A program made the position numbers and the translations under genes. Shown here piece after piece: positions 14,330 through 27,720 of a stretch of DNA of 64,000 nt (the first letter of the stretch is position 1; the number at the start of each line of letters is the position of its first letter). The stretch comes from Octopus sinensis (Eukaryota). The DNA is taken from positions 46,624,001 to 46,688,000 of the forward strand of contig NC_043010.1 in assembly GCF_006345805.1 (NCBI RefSeq), written 5' to 3'. Under the pieces are notes generated by a model. That model was not told the DNA's origin and ran no database searches. It saw only the letters and a program-made list of their open reading frames with translations.

Positions 14330-14940
14330 GTGGAGGCCCTCCAAATGGCCTTTTCTGATCTCTTGGATACCATTTGGCATCTGCACAGATCCACCTGTTG
14401 TCTGTGAACCTTGCAACATGTTCAACCCTGTAGAGCTTGTGTTTCCAGCATTTCTGCAATCTCATCATTCATTCCACTCTATCCTCGGAATATCTCACTT
14501 TGAATATGCACTCGTAATGGATATTCCTAGCTGGGATCTTTCCATGGCCCTTTGTATCATAGCCAATTGATGTTCTAACCTCTTCATAGTAGTCCATGTC
14601 TTTCTTGCATATAAGATTTCTATTAGGACAATGTAATATCGAACAGATTGGCACATGTGGCATTGTCTATGACACTGGACTCCTCACTGAAATCCCAGAC
14701 CAGCTGCAGACCGTGATGGCAAAGCTGAACACTCATAATATAAAAACAATATATATCTGCAGTCAGAAGATGTAGCAAAAGGCTGAATAGAGGTGGAAAG
14801 TGATGGAATTGAGGAGGTAAAGGAGTACATCTACTTAGGGTACACATTGGATATGCATTGAGATAAGGATGGTGAAACCTCAAAGAGAATAAGAGCAGGA
14901 TGGAAGGTAGTTTACCTCAATAAAGGATGTGTTCAAAACA
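14330..14940. mobile_element. RTE LINE fragment with an inverted 5' segment
   Basis: Minus 14620-14330 reads LYARKTWTTMK...QRAMERSQLGIS...HVAR...NRW...RPFGRPP. Plus 14620-14940 reads ...PDQLQTVMAKLNTH...IEEVKEYIYLG...KRIRAGWK...IKDVFK. Confidence 0.75.
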
Positions 14941-15057
14941 AAGATGTATGTATGCATATATATATATATATAAAGAAAGAGAGAGAGATTTAGTTTTATA
15001 TATATATATATGTATATATATGGAGAGAGAGAGAGAGAGAGAGAGAGATTTAGTTTC

Positions 15058-15102
<45 letters not shown>

Positions 15103-15110
15103 TTTAGTTT

Positions 15111-15144
<34 letters not shown>

Positions 15145-15910
15145 TATATATATATATATATATTATATATGTATACATATATATATAAAACACTTACACA
15201 TTCACTCACAAATTTAATTACATATACATAGATATATACATCTTATAAAGATATGCACATTCGTACATTCATGTATATATAAATACATGCATGTGTTAAA
15301 ATATGCATTTATAAATGTTATACTTATACATACATATTTACTCAGTGTTACCAAATTAATGTTTACATTGCTAAAATGTTCATGTAATGTGCAGCTATTT
15401 TCAGCTTTGATTTTCATACATTCGTTTATTTATTTTTACATATTTTCATCTTTTCTTGCTCTTCTGTGATTGGCACTGATTCTCTTCACTGGGTTAGTCT
15501 AACCCAGCTAAACAATTATTATGTTAGTGGTTATTGCTGTTTAAACAATGTCTGTTTCTGTTTTAAATATAAACTTTCTAAAAAATATATATATATGTAT
15601 GTATTTATATATATATATATATATATAAAAAACAATTACTAAAACAAAATGTAAAATACAATATGAAGCAGGCTAAGATTTCAGAATATGCCAAAGCAAC
15701 ATCAGCAACAATAACAACAGTGATAATATTACCTGTCTTAGTCATTTGTAGCTCTTAACTAATTTGAGACCATTCATGGTTCTGTACATTTGAAATATTA
15801 ATCATCAAAATTTATTTTTCTTAAAAACCAAATTATTAATATTATCATTATGATTTGCTCCAGCATGGCTGCAATCAAATGCCTGAAACAATTGAAAGAA
15901 TAAAAGAATT

Positions 15911-15917
15911 GTTATTA

Positions 15918-15963
<46 letters not shown>

Positions 15964-16052
15964 CATTATTATTATCATTATTATTATCATTATTATTATT
16001 ATTATCATTATTATTATCATTATTATTATCATTATTATTATCATTATTATTA

Positions 16053-16096
<44 letters not shown>
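15911..16096 (+). repeat. (ATT/ATC)n trinucleotide tract
   Basis: Direct inspection; source of the poly-L, poly-I and poly-N pseudo-ORFs. Confidence 0.95.
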
Positions 16097-16098
<2 letters not shown>

Positions 16099-17005
16099 GG
16101 TGGTGAGCTTGCAGAATTGTTAGCATGCTTAACAGTATTTCGCCTGTTGCTCTGTTCTGAGTTCAAATTCTGCCGAGGTCAACTTTGTCTTTCATCCTTT
16201 CAGGATTGATGAATTAAGTACCAGTCAAGTACAGGGGTCAATGTGATTGACTGTCCCCTTCCCCACAAAATCCAGGCCTTGTGCCTATAGTAGAAAGGAT
16301 TATCATTATCATGATTAATAGGCAGCAAGCTGGCAGAATCGTTAGCATGCTGGACAAAATACTCAGCGATATTTTTTTAATTTTTACCTGTCAGTACATT
16401 CTGGGTTCAAATTCTGCTGAAGTTGACTTTGCCTTTCATCCTTTTGGGGCTGATAAATTAAGTACCAGTTAAGTATTGGGGTTTGATGTAATGAACTAGT
16501 CCCCTCCCCCATATTTTCAGGCCTTGTGCCTTTAGTAGAAAGGATTATCATTATTATCATTATTATTAATTAGGCTGTGAGCTGGCAAAATCGTTAGCTT
16601 GCTGGATGAAATGCTTAGCGGTATTTCACCCATCGCTACATTTTTCAAATTCCACCGACGTCAACTTTACTTTTCATCCTTTCAAACTAGATAAATTAAG
16701 TACCAGTGAAACACTGGGGTTGATGTAATCAACTAGGCCTCTCCCCACAAACTTCAGGCTTTGTGCCTATAGTAGAAAGGATTATTATTACTAAGGTGGA
16801 GAGCTGGCAGAATCGTTAGCACACCAAGCAAAATGCCTAATGGCACTTCATCTGTCTTTATGAGTTCAAATTTCACCAAGGTCGACTTTGCCTTTCATCC
16901 TTTTGGAGTCAATAAATTAAATACTAATGAAACACTGAGGTTGATGTAATCAACAAATCCTCTCTTTCAAATTTTCAGGCCTTGTGCCTATAGTAGAAAG
17001 GATAA

Positions 17006-17036
<31 letters not shown>

Positions 17037-17734
17037 TACTATTGAGATGTACCTGCAAGTGTTTCGATCTGAGATGAGATGGTGTGCTAAAACTAAGGTA
17101 ATTGCAGTATGAAATACATACATTAACCATTCAGAAACACACAGAGACTCCACTTAAACATTTATTAGTAATATAGTATCAAAATTTTTGTTGCTCAAAA
17201 CTGTGAACATATCATAATTTCAAGTGATCAAAATTTTGACATATCACAAATAAAAGTTTAAGTGAAGCCGACAGTTATTATGTATTTCTGAATGACTAAC
17301 TTATCTCTTCCATACTGCAATCCCTTAATATTATCATTATTTAATAGGGCAGAAAACAGGCAGAATTGTTAGCACACTGGGAAAAATGCTTAGAAACAAT
17401 TAATCCATTTTTACATTCTGTGTTCAAAGTCTGCCAAAGTTAACTTTGCCTTTCATCCTTTCGGGGTTGATAAAATAAGCACCAGTTGAGCAATGGGGGT
17501 TGATGTAATTGACTTACCCTACCCCTGAAATTGCTGGCCTTGTGCCAAAATTTGAAAAGATGATAATAATAATAATAATATTAAAACAATGAGCTTAAGA
17601 AAATATGTTTTGTTTTGCTTGAAGACATGTCAGTTGAGGGACTAATTAGTAACAAGAAATAAACTTATATCAAGATAGATAGCAAGACAGATAAACAAAT
17701 GAGCAGAAAGATAGCCAGGCCAATAGAAGCAAGG

Positions 17735-17774
<40 letters not shown>

Positions 17775-17959
17775 GGCAGTGAGCTGGTAAAATTGTTAGC
17801 ATGCCAGGTGAAATGCTTAGCAGCATTTGGTCTTTCTTCATGTTCTGAGTTCAAATGCCGCTGGGGTCGATAAATTAATTACCAGTTACACATTGAAGTT
17901 GATGTAATCGACTTGTCCCCTCCCCCAAAATTTCAGGCCTTGTGCCTATAGTAGAAAGG

Positions 17960-18009
<50 letters not shown>

Positions 18010-19072
18010 GAAGGCAATGAGCTAGCAGAATCATTAGCATGTCAGATGAAATGCTAAGTGGTATTTCAACCATCGCTACATTCTGAGTTCAAATTCCACT
18101 GAGGTTGACTTTACCTTTCATCCTTTTGGGGTCAATAAAATAGTACCAGTTGAACACTGGGTCAATGTAATCAACTAATCCCCTCCCCTGAAATTGCTGA
18201 CCTTGTAGCAAAATTTGAAACAATTATTATTATTAAGGCAGTGAGCTAGTAGAATCATTAGCCTGCTGGACGAAATGCTTAGTAGTATTTTGCCTATTGC
18301 TACAATCTGAGTTCAAATTCCACCAAGGTAAACTTTGTCTTTCATCCTTTCTGGGTTGATAAATTAAGTAATAGTGAAACACTGGGGTCAATGTAATCAA
18401 CTTATCCCCTCCCACCAAATTTAAGGCCTTGCGCCTTTAGTAGAAAGGTTTATTATTATCGTTATTATTATTATTAAGGTGGTGAGCTGGCAGAATCATT
18501 AGCATGCCAGGCAAAATTCTTAGCGGTATTTCGCCCTTTGCTACACTCTAAGTTCAAATTCTGCCAAGGTTGACTTTGCCTTTCATCCTTTTAGAGTCAA
18601 TGAATTAAGTACCAGTTGAGCACTGGGTGGGGGGTTCAATGAAATCGACTTAGCCACCCCAACAAAATTGGAGGCCTTGTGCCTATAGTAGAAAGGATTA
18701 TTATTATTATTTAATAGAAGACTGTGGATGTCAGAATCAGCTGAACATTTGTTTTAAAATGCTTTGCACTATTTTGCCACATCCTTCTTACATTCATTCC
18801 TAGTTTTCATCCCATCAAGGTCAATTTTGCCCTGTCCTTATGTTGGAAACAATTAGTTAGGGTGGGAAATCAATAGAATCATTAGAGTGTTAGACAAAAT
18901 GCCCTTCTGTTCTTATTCTGGCTCTCAACATTCTTAATTAAGATCTGCCAAGGTCATTTTTGTATTTCCCAATTTTAGGGCCAATAAAATTCCAGTTAAG
19001 TAATGGGGCTAATAATATTGACTACCCCACCCACCTCTTAAAATTGCTGGCCTTGAGCCAAAATTTGAAACA

Positions 19073-19155
<83 letters not shown>

Positions 19156-19340
19156 GGGTAGTGAATCTCTGAATCAACAGAGTGCTGAGCAAAACATCAT
19201 GTGGTATTTTAGTTACATCCTTTTAATAGTCTGAGTTATTCACTTCATCTCATTGGAATCAATTAAAATATGTACCAGTCATGTACTGACTCAATTCAAT
19301 TGACTCCATCCCCTTCCCCTCACTGTGCCCTCCGAAATCA
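16097..19340 (+). mobile_element. Head-to-tail array of about 12 family-A SINEs with (ATT)n tails
   Basis: Copies start aaggYRGYGAGCTGGCAGAA at about 16097, 16320, 16571, 16792, 17345, 17773, 18011, 18235 and 18476, with degenerate copies at about 18720, 18860 and 19153. The core gactttgcctttcatcctttcggggtcgataaattaagtacca resembles the MetaSINE central domain (recalled, unverified). Confidence 0.85.
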
Positions 19341-22300
19341 TTATTTAATTTATTTATTTATCTGTTCATGATAAAAGTAATACACAATGTAAGTAACTAC
19401 GTAAAAGTGATTATCATCAGATACTGCACTTGTTAGTTGCTAATGCTAGTCAAGCTTTAGCTTTCTAATACTGTAAATAGAGCAAAGCTTCTGAGGTTTG
19501 TTGATTTTTAAAAAATAAACTAATTTATTGTACAGTCATTCACACAATTCATCTCCTCCGAATAAAAAGAAAAGTGTTGTTATATTGGTGTAAATTTCTC
19601 CTCAGAGGGAAAAATGAAGCAAATGTACACACAGTATAATGTCACAAAAATACAGATGAAAGCATTTACCTGAAGCCAATGGTATATAAAAAAAGTTGTT
19701 GAAGTTATTATATTTAGTGTTGTAAACTTGTGGTACACAACTTTTCCTAGAGGTGGACTACAAAATTTCAGTCAAAATCTTTATGAACCAGCAAATATAA
19801 ATTTACTTTTTGTTGCATTATGTTACACCGTAGGACTTAAAATTTGCTGTAGACTAAAATTTTGGTATAGACTACTGGTCCACATCGTGTATCACTGTTG
19901 TAAACTATGTTTTTACTGCTGACACAATGTCCAAAATGTTGGAGTCTTTTGTTATGGAATATGGTGGGATTGTTTAACATATAGATTTTGTTTAATCTGT
20001 TGACTTGTTAGAGTGTTGATAGTCAAGGTGTATTGGCCGTGTGGTTAATATGTTGATATCTTGACACATAGGTTGTGATTGTCTATCATTTGAAGGGTTA
20101 CACTATGTCCTTAATGGAGACATTTAACTCTACTTGTCTTAGTTTAATAGATTCAAATGTCAGAACTGGGTCAGCTCAATGATTTAATCAATTGAATAAA
20201 TAAAATAATTCTGATAAAGCTGATTTTAAACCAATACTTCAGATGTGTATCATAAGAGACATCCTAAAGCTATGAGATGGCTGAATGCCCAACAGAAGAA
20301 AATATTGTATTAATTTTTATATACTGTTAATACTCTTGGATAATACTTAAAAAACAACAAGAGTACTATCTCCTGAGAGTGGAGCTGACCTACAGAGTCT
20401 GAGTTATAATGTGAGCTTCACATGTCTAGAGTCACCACAACTTTTCCCTTTCTGCAAATTATATATGCTCAATGTAGAGGTGAGCAACCATATATACTCC
20501 AGATTGACCAGATATACCACAGCTAATCTCATTCTGAAAGGTAAGATACTCTTGGTCAATTGTTCATTTCTGTAGTGATAAATATCAGTATATATTTGGT
20601 ATATAATTGTCATTTTGAAATTGTAGTTTCTAGGAACAATTTTACAAAAAAAAAAGAAAAAAAATTAAAACTCTGGATTTCAATATTAACTTTATAACAG
20701 AGTGTTGTCAAAATATCAACTACATATTACTTGGTGCTAATCTTACAATGGTTAGAGTAGGAAAACAAATAAAATGACTTAAATACTCAACTTCCTTATC
20801 TACAAAATTTTGGAAAGATGAAATGAAAAAGAAACTGTCCAAAACGAAATTTTCCATTGTATTGTTTTAGTTATATATAATTTTGCATCACAACAGTAAA
20901 ATTTTAAATTCCATTGGCCAGGTAACATATAAAATATTTTTTTATTCTCTCAATGCATTGTAATAAATTGCTTTTTGCTGAAAAGATGCCAAATTTGAAC
21001 TTTAAAAAAATAAACAAAATGAAACAATCAGTTATTTTGTACCAATTCTCAATATTTATGATGATTGTCCACATTTTAGTAGCAACTGTTCTAAATTCTA
21101 TTTGGCGTCTCTTACTTGTAACTTTTCTGTTTGTAAATCAAAAATTCATCTAAATTTCATGTTACTAATTAGTTATTGAGAAATGAAAACTTATTTGGGT
21201 CCATTTTCAAAGATGTTTTTTTTAATATAGTAGATGAGTTTTTTCATATATTTATAAACCACAATAATTGCAGTCACACGTGGTGGCTGATCATGTTTTT
21301 CATACATTGTATATTATTCAGTCATAAATTGACTCTTCATCTTCAATGATTTTCAATATTTAGGAATAACCTCTCAAAACCCAAGTTAAAATTATCCTCA
21401 ACAACAACAGCCAATATTTTTTTGTATTTTTTGAAAATGAAAGCTTCTACGTTGGCTAAACAGAGGTATATCGTTTTTGTTTCCACTCAACATGGAAAAC
21501 GGATTCTTTTGATAATTCATGAAATGGTTTTTGTTTACACCTTGTAGCTATATTTTGAAATTTTGGTAAATCTCCATTCTTGAAATACAACCATTAATTT
21601 CTAAGAACAGATGGCCCTATTTTAGAGCTAAAGTGCTAAATTGTGAAAAATTTTATAGAACTTTTTCTAAAGCTTGCTTTCTCACATGCCTAGCTATATC
21701 TGACAACAGTTACGCTTTACATGGATGTTTAAAGCAACTTGTGCAAGTCCTTTTGTTACAATATTAATCACTGCCTTTATTGCTAACATTACAGCTATTT
21801 GATTATAAAAAAGAAAAAAAAATGTTTGAATATTTTTAAACAGTAAACACTGAAAACCTAACCAACAGAGAAATATTTCAAAGTAATGTTGGATAAATGG
21901 AACAGTGTACATGTATGAAAGATTTATACATGGACTTATTAGCAGAAATAATATTTGATGGGAATTTTCTGATTTCATACCATAAATCAGTTTTAGAATT
22001 TTCCCTTCATTTTATTTTTCATTTGGAAAGGATATAGATGAGTTTTTATAAGTGATTTTCCGTACAGTTTGTCACTATTTGAATGTTTTGGAAAAGAAAG
22101 GTGTTAAACATTTATTCAAAGATCATTAAAATTGGGACAATTAAAATTTTGTAATACAACTTCAAAAAAAAAAAAAAACAACCACAAATTTTTATCCAGG
22201 GAGTTTTCTCATTTGAACACAATGTTTTCTTTTCTTTCTTTGAAGAGAATTTCTCCCTACAGTTTCCACCCTTTCATCTATATGTCACCTCAAATTTTCA

Positions 22301-25300
22301 AAATTACACATTGTTTACAAATTTCTTTGAAAATAAACAATCGTTATTCATAGTAATAAAATAATATCAGTATAATGTAGAAAAAAGGGTTTACAATCTT
22401 GTATGAAATTCAACTTATTAAATATGGAGTAGAGAGAATTTATAGAGTAGCATAATTTCATTGTTGTTGATATCTTGACACCCTCTAAACTGATGAGCCA
22501 CTCCATAACTTAGATGTCACTAGGAACTAACATTTTTAGTACTCTCTCTTCTTTACCTTATTTATTAAATAGTATGCAATCTACAGATTTACATGTCTAG
22601 CTGCAGATGTACTTAAATTTATTGCAGAATGAGGCCACTTATATTCTCATAGCAAAGTATTGGATGAAGTTGAATTTCCTCAAAAGCTCACAAAATCCCT
22701 TGAGCTTTAATTTTTAATCCCAGTTAAGGAGTCAAACTCTTTTAAAATGAACAATTAACCCCTGACTTGCATACATGTGCATGCATGTGTATATGTGTGT
22801 GTGTGCATGCGTGCATGTTTGTGTGCATGTGCATGTGTGTGTGTTCTAAGCATCATATTATAAGCCAGGGCCTTCTCTCCAAATTTGAAATGACATCCAT
22901 CTGAGAATCATGTGTCTAAGAAGTATTGTGCTATATCAACTGTGCCTTTCAGATCAACAACAAAATCAATAATTCTGCAGTTTGTCACATATTAATAACT
23001 TAAATAAATATTTAAAAAAACAATTTAGTTCATGATTTCATGCTAGTATCTATAGTATCTAACTGTCTTTAGTTTAAGTTCCACAGACATACAGAAACCC
23101 CCTAGAATGTATACCTATTGGCAACATAGTGATAAGCATTGAAGGAAAGATAAAAACCAACAAAATACAATGACAATAATTGTACAAGTAGTTACGCATA
23201 TAATAAAGTATTAAGTATCATTCCACTTTCCAAATGAAGTTTCAAAATTAATTCAACTGTTGAGAGGATATCTGATTATCAAAAAATAATCCCACAATTA
23301 ATGCTAATTAATGCACTCACTGTGAAATTAATAAATATTTGCTCACTTTATTTTGCCTATCAGTGTTTAAATGTGTGAATGAAGAACTTGTAGCAATTAG
23401 TAAGATTATTAGATGATAAAATAATTGTCTTATTGAGTTATGATATATATACAATGACTTAGTTAACATTCACTCCTGTGTTATATAAAAAAAGCAACAT
23501 GTTATATGACTTGTATTTCCTTTCAATTATAAATTACCTCTCAACATTGATTTTATAATCCTTACTAAATGGTGTACTGGTTATGTAAATTATATAGTCT
23601 TGTGGGTTCAACGGTGAACATTAATACTTTAAAAACCTTCTAGACACAATTACTAATTTCCAAAAGGGCAAGCCTATTTGTACTGTTCATTTACTGGAGT
23701 GATTTACATTTATGACTATCAACTCAAATCTGTCACTTTGCAATATTCTCATGAATAATAGACGTATAAAATATTGCTATTTCAACCAATAAACTTCATT
23801 TAATATGTATTTTTTATTTTCTTCTTTCTTTGCTATGCTGTTTTTTTTTTTTACAATTTTTTTTTTACTCTTTGCTTACTATATGATTAACAACTGAACT
23901 GAAATTTGTCAATGAGTTCTATGATAAAAGCTATATTTACATTGAAGATATATTGTATTTTGCCAATACAATGAAGAAATAAATATTGTTGTAAACACAT
24001 CTTTCCTGATGAAAGAAAATGAGGTAAAAAATATCATTAAAGTTCCACTCTCAGCTAATTTGTGTTTGGTTGGTTCTTTTTGATTATTATGTATGTTTCT
24101 AAGGTGGTGAGCTTGTAGAATCATCAGCAGGCAATGCTGTGTGGTAAAAGCATGCTTCCCAACCACATGCTTCTGGGTTCAGTCCCACTGCATGGCACCT
24201 TGGGCAAGTGTCTTCTACTATAGCCTCAGGCCGACCAAAGCCTTGTGAGTGGATTTGGTAGATGGAAACTGAAAGAAGCTTGTTGTATATGTGTGTGTGG
24301 TGTGTGTGTGTGTATATATATTTCAAATTTACAGAAAACAAAAGACAAAGACAGGTGAAGGAACAACAAGTAGGTGTATTAGTCTAATACTTGGAAAGAA
24401 TAGAAAAGTCTTTGACATTTTGAGCCTACACACTTTGACAGAAAGAATTGAGAAGAAAAAAGAATGGAGAGAGAATGAAAAATACAGAGATATAAAAAAA
24501 ATGTGTAGGGATTAACCAGTTCAACATGATGAAATATATATGTGTGTGTGTGTGCGTGCTTGTTTATATCCCTGTAACTTAGCAGTATGACAAAAAATGA
24601 GTAATATAATAAGTACCAGGCTTAAAGAAAAATACTGGGGTCAGTTCATTTGACTAAAAGTTCTTCAAGGTGGTGCCCCAGCATGACCACAGTCTAATAA
24701 CCAAAACAGATAAAAGATGCTGGACAACTTGCCTGGCAGTATTTCTTCTGACTTTATATTCTGAGTTCAAATTCTTCCAAGGTTGATTTCACCTTTTGTC
24801 TTTTCAGGGTTGATAAAATCAGCACCACTTGAGCACTGGGGGTAATGTATTCAATCAGCCCCTTACCTTCAATTTCAGGCCTTGTGCTATAGTAGAAAAG
24901 GTTATTATCTATGTGTCTCTTATAATTTCTTTCTTGTCCAAGCTTTCAATTTCATTATTTTCCTGCTATAACATTTCAACATTTGAAGAGCCAAGAATCA
25001 TTAACAATAGATATATTATAAGTGAAAGCACAAGACTCAGTGGCTACAGCATTGAGCTCACAATCAATAGGTAGTGAGTTTGAGTCCCAAACCAGGCTGT
25101 GTGTCGTGTTCTTAAGCAAGACATTTTATTTCACGTTGCTCCAGTTCACTCAGCTGAAGAAATGAGTTGCAAAGTCACTGGTGCCAAGCTGTATCAGCCT
25201 TTGACTTTCCCTTGGATAACATCAGTGGTGTGGAGAGGGGAGGCTGGTACGCATGAGTGACTGCTAGTCCTGCATAAACAAACTTGCCCAGACTTGTGCC

Positions 25301-27476
25301 TCAAAGGGGAACTTTCTAAGTGCAATCCCATGGTCATTCATGACTGAAGGAGACCTTTATCCATTACCTAAGGTATATTATAGAGTTAAGATGAGGGTGG
25401 TGGATTGGTAGAATCCTTAGACAAGAGGACAAAATACCATGCAGTATTTGTTTCAGGTATTTACGATCTAAGTTCAAATCCTGCTAAAATTTTAATTCTG
25501 CTTTTCATCTTTTCACAGAGAAAACTTAACCAACTATATTCCTCCCACAAAAATCAAAACTTGTGCTTATACTGGAAATCATAACAGGGTTTTAAAATTA
25601 GAAAGAGACATCAGTGAATTTCACTAAGAAATTTACCAAATTTTAGATACCATAGAAAAGTTGTTCTATGTTGATAGCTGATATCACAAATTAAAGACAA
25701 AAAAAGGAAAAAACTCAGAAAGTATATAACATTGTCCTGTGCAGGAAATTGATAACATCTAAGACAAACTAGTTGGGCAGTAGACATATATCCATTTCAC
25801 AAATATTTAGTTATTTTGTAATTCTAACAAACATATCTAATCACTAAACAATAAAATTATAAATTTCTGGAAAGAAAAAAAACAAAACAGAACTGATATT
25901 AATGAATGTGAACCTATACCTGAAAATAATTTTTGTACATTTTTTTTTCTGGGAAAAATAATCATCTAAGTTTTAATTGGATTTTCTCATAACTTAGCCG
26001 TACTGCTAGCTAAAGAATTTTGACAATGTTAATAACAATCTTTTGTTTACACTTTTAGGATTTTATGCTTTTGAAAGATCAGATTTACAAATTTTTGTTT
26101 CCAGTCCAAACAACAAAAAAATACACAACAGTGTGCATTCCTAGATTATGCAAGGTTAATTATGTTGAAGACAAAATTTTGAATAATTCCTTTACAATTA
26201 ATTTAATAAAATATACACTTACAAAACGAAATACCATCTTTTATCTTTTACTTGACCATGCTGGAGCACCACTTCAAAGAATTTTGAGTCAAACTAGTTG
26301 ACTCCCATACTTATTTTCTTTTTAAGCCAGGTACTTATTCTATAAGTCTATTTTGCCAAACCACTAAGTTATGGGAATTACAGAAACTGACAACAGTTGT
26401 CAAGTGGCAGTGGGGGACAAGCACAAAGGCACACACACACAGATACATATATACAATGGGCTTCTTTCAGTTTTCATCTACCAAATCCACTCACAAGGCT
26501 TTGGTCAGCTAGAGGCTATAGTAGAAGACACCTGCCCAAGGTACCATGCAGTGGGACTGAACCCAGAACCAAGTGGTGGGAAAATAAGCTTCTTACCACA
26601 CATCTACACACATAACTTCTTACCACACATCTACACACATAACTACATAAAAAAATACTTATTGATGTGGTGACAGAAAAAACTCAAGAAATTAATCATA
26701 ATGATTCCTTAACTGGTAAAAGTAACCAAATTATGATTTGAACAAAATAATGGAAACCTTATACCTAATCTATATAAGCTGTAATCCTCAAGTTCTATAA
26801 TCTCTGTATAATCCCAAGAATGATATATTGGTTTCAAATTTTGGTACAAGGCCAGCAATTTTGAGGGAGGTAGTAAGTCGATTACATAAACCCCAGTATT
26901 CAACTGGTACTCATTTTATCAGCCCCAGAAAGATGAAAGACAAAGTCAACCTCAACAGAACTTGAATTCAGAATGTAAAATGGACAAAAATGCTGCTAAA
27001 TATTTTGCTTGGCACAGTAACAATTCTGCCAGCTCGTTGCCTTAATTCAAAAAATAATATATAAAAACAAATTGCAATGAATGTAGATTTTATTTATCTA
27101 CCCATTTAAGATGGCTCACTGTTAACTGCAGAGCAATTAAGACAAGTATTGAAATCTTTAGCTCATTTTGTGAACAATCAGATCAAGTTAGGTCTTTGTT
27201 TGAAATGTTACCAATGGTAATCATACCAGGTGTGATAGAATATTTAAGCCAAGCTTACATAGAAAAATTGAAGGAAAGAACCTTTGGAATAAAAAACAAA
27301 ATTACAAGGAATCATGAAACTATAATAGCTAAGTTAATATTATCATACTGAAATGGAAGGAAAATCAAAACCTAACAAGAAATTAATATAATATAATATA
27401 AATATAATATAATATAAATGAATATAATTCTTAACCCTTTAGCATTCAGATTAGCATTCAAATGTAATTCTTATTT

Positions 27477-27720
27477 GACAAAGGTGGCAAGCTGGCAGAA
27501 ACGTTAGCACGCCAGGCGAAATACTTAGCGGTATTTCGTCTGCCGCTACGTTCTGAGTTCAAATTCTGCCGAGGTTGACTTTGCCTTTCATCCTTTCAGG
27601 GTCGATTAAATAAGTACCAGTTATGCACTGGGGTCGATTTAATCGACTTAATCCATTTGTCGGTCCTTGTTTGTCCCCTCTGTGTGTAGCCCCTTGTGGG
27701 CAGTAAAGAAATAAGAAATA
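27477..27720 (+). mobile_element. Young family-A SINE with a 12-bp TSD, inserted in a TTAA MITE
   Basis: TAATTCTTATTT at 27465-27476 and 27721-27732; CpG-rich copy. Other dispersed family-A copies at about 12378-12590(+), 24700-24905(+), 26825-27045(-), 33330-33550(-), 38790-39050(-), 44480-44740(-), 46330-46540(-), 55140-55320(+) and 56625-56835(-). Confidence 0.85.

Noticed and set aside
15805-16126. Poly-L, poly-I and poly-N ORFs (signal-peptide-like)
   Set aside because: (ATT)n tract plus SINE tail.
16097-19340. CRISPR-like repeat array
   Set aside because: Units are about 220-250-bp diverged SINEs in a eukaryotic context, with no short identical repeats or cas genes.
20478-20551. Strong + strand donor GAAAG|gtaaga after an open frame (...VSNHIYSRLTRYTTANLILK)
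   Set aside because: Acceptor is ambiguous and there is no homology; it remains only a possible exon of an unknown gene.
26059-26154. Possible 96-nt + strand exon DFMLLKDQIYKFLFPVQTTKKYTTVCIPRLCK
   Set aside because: Good acceptor but weak donor, and its phase does not join the 27.1-kb frame.
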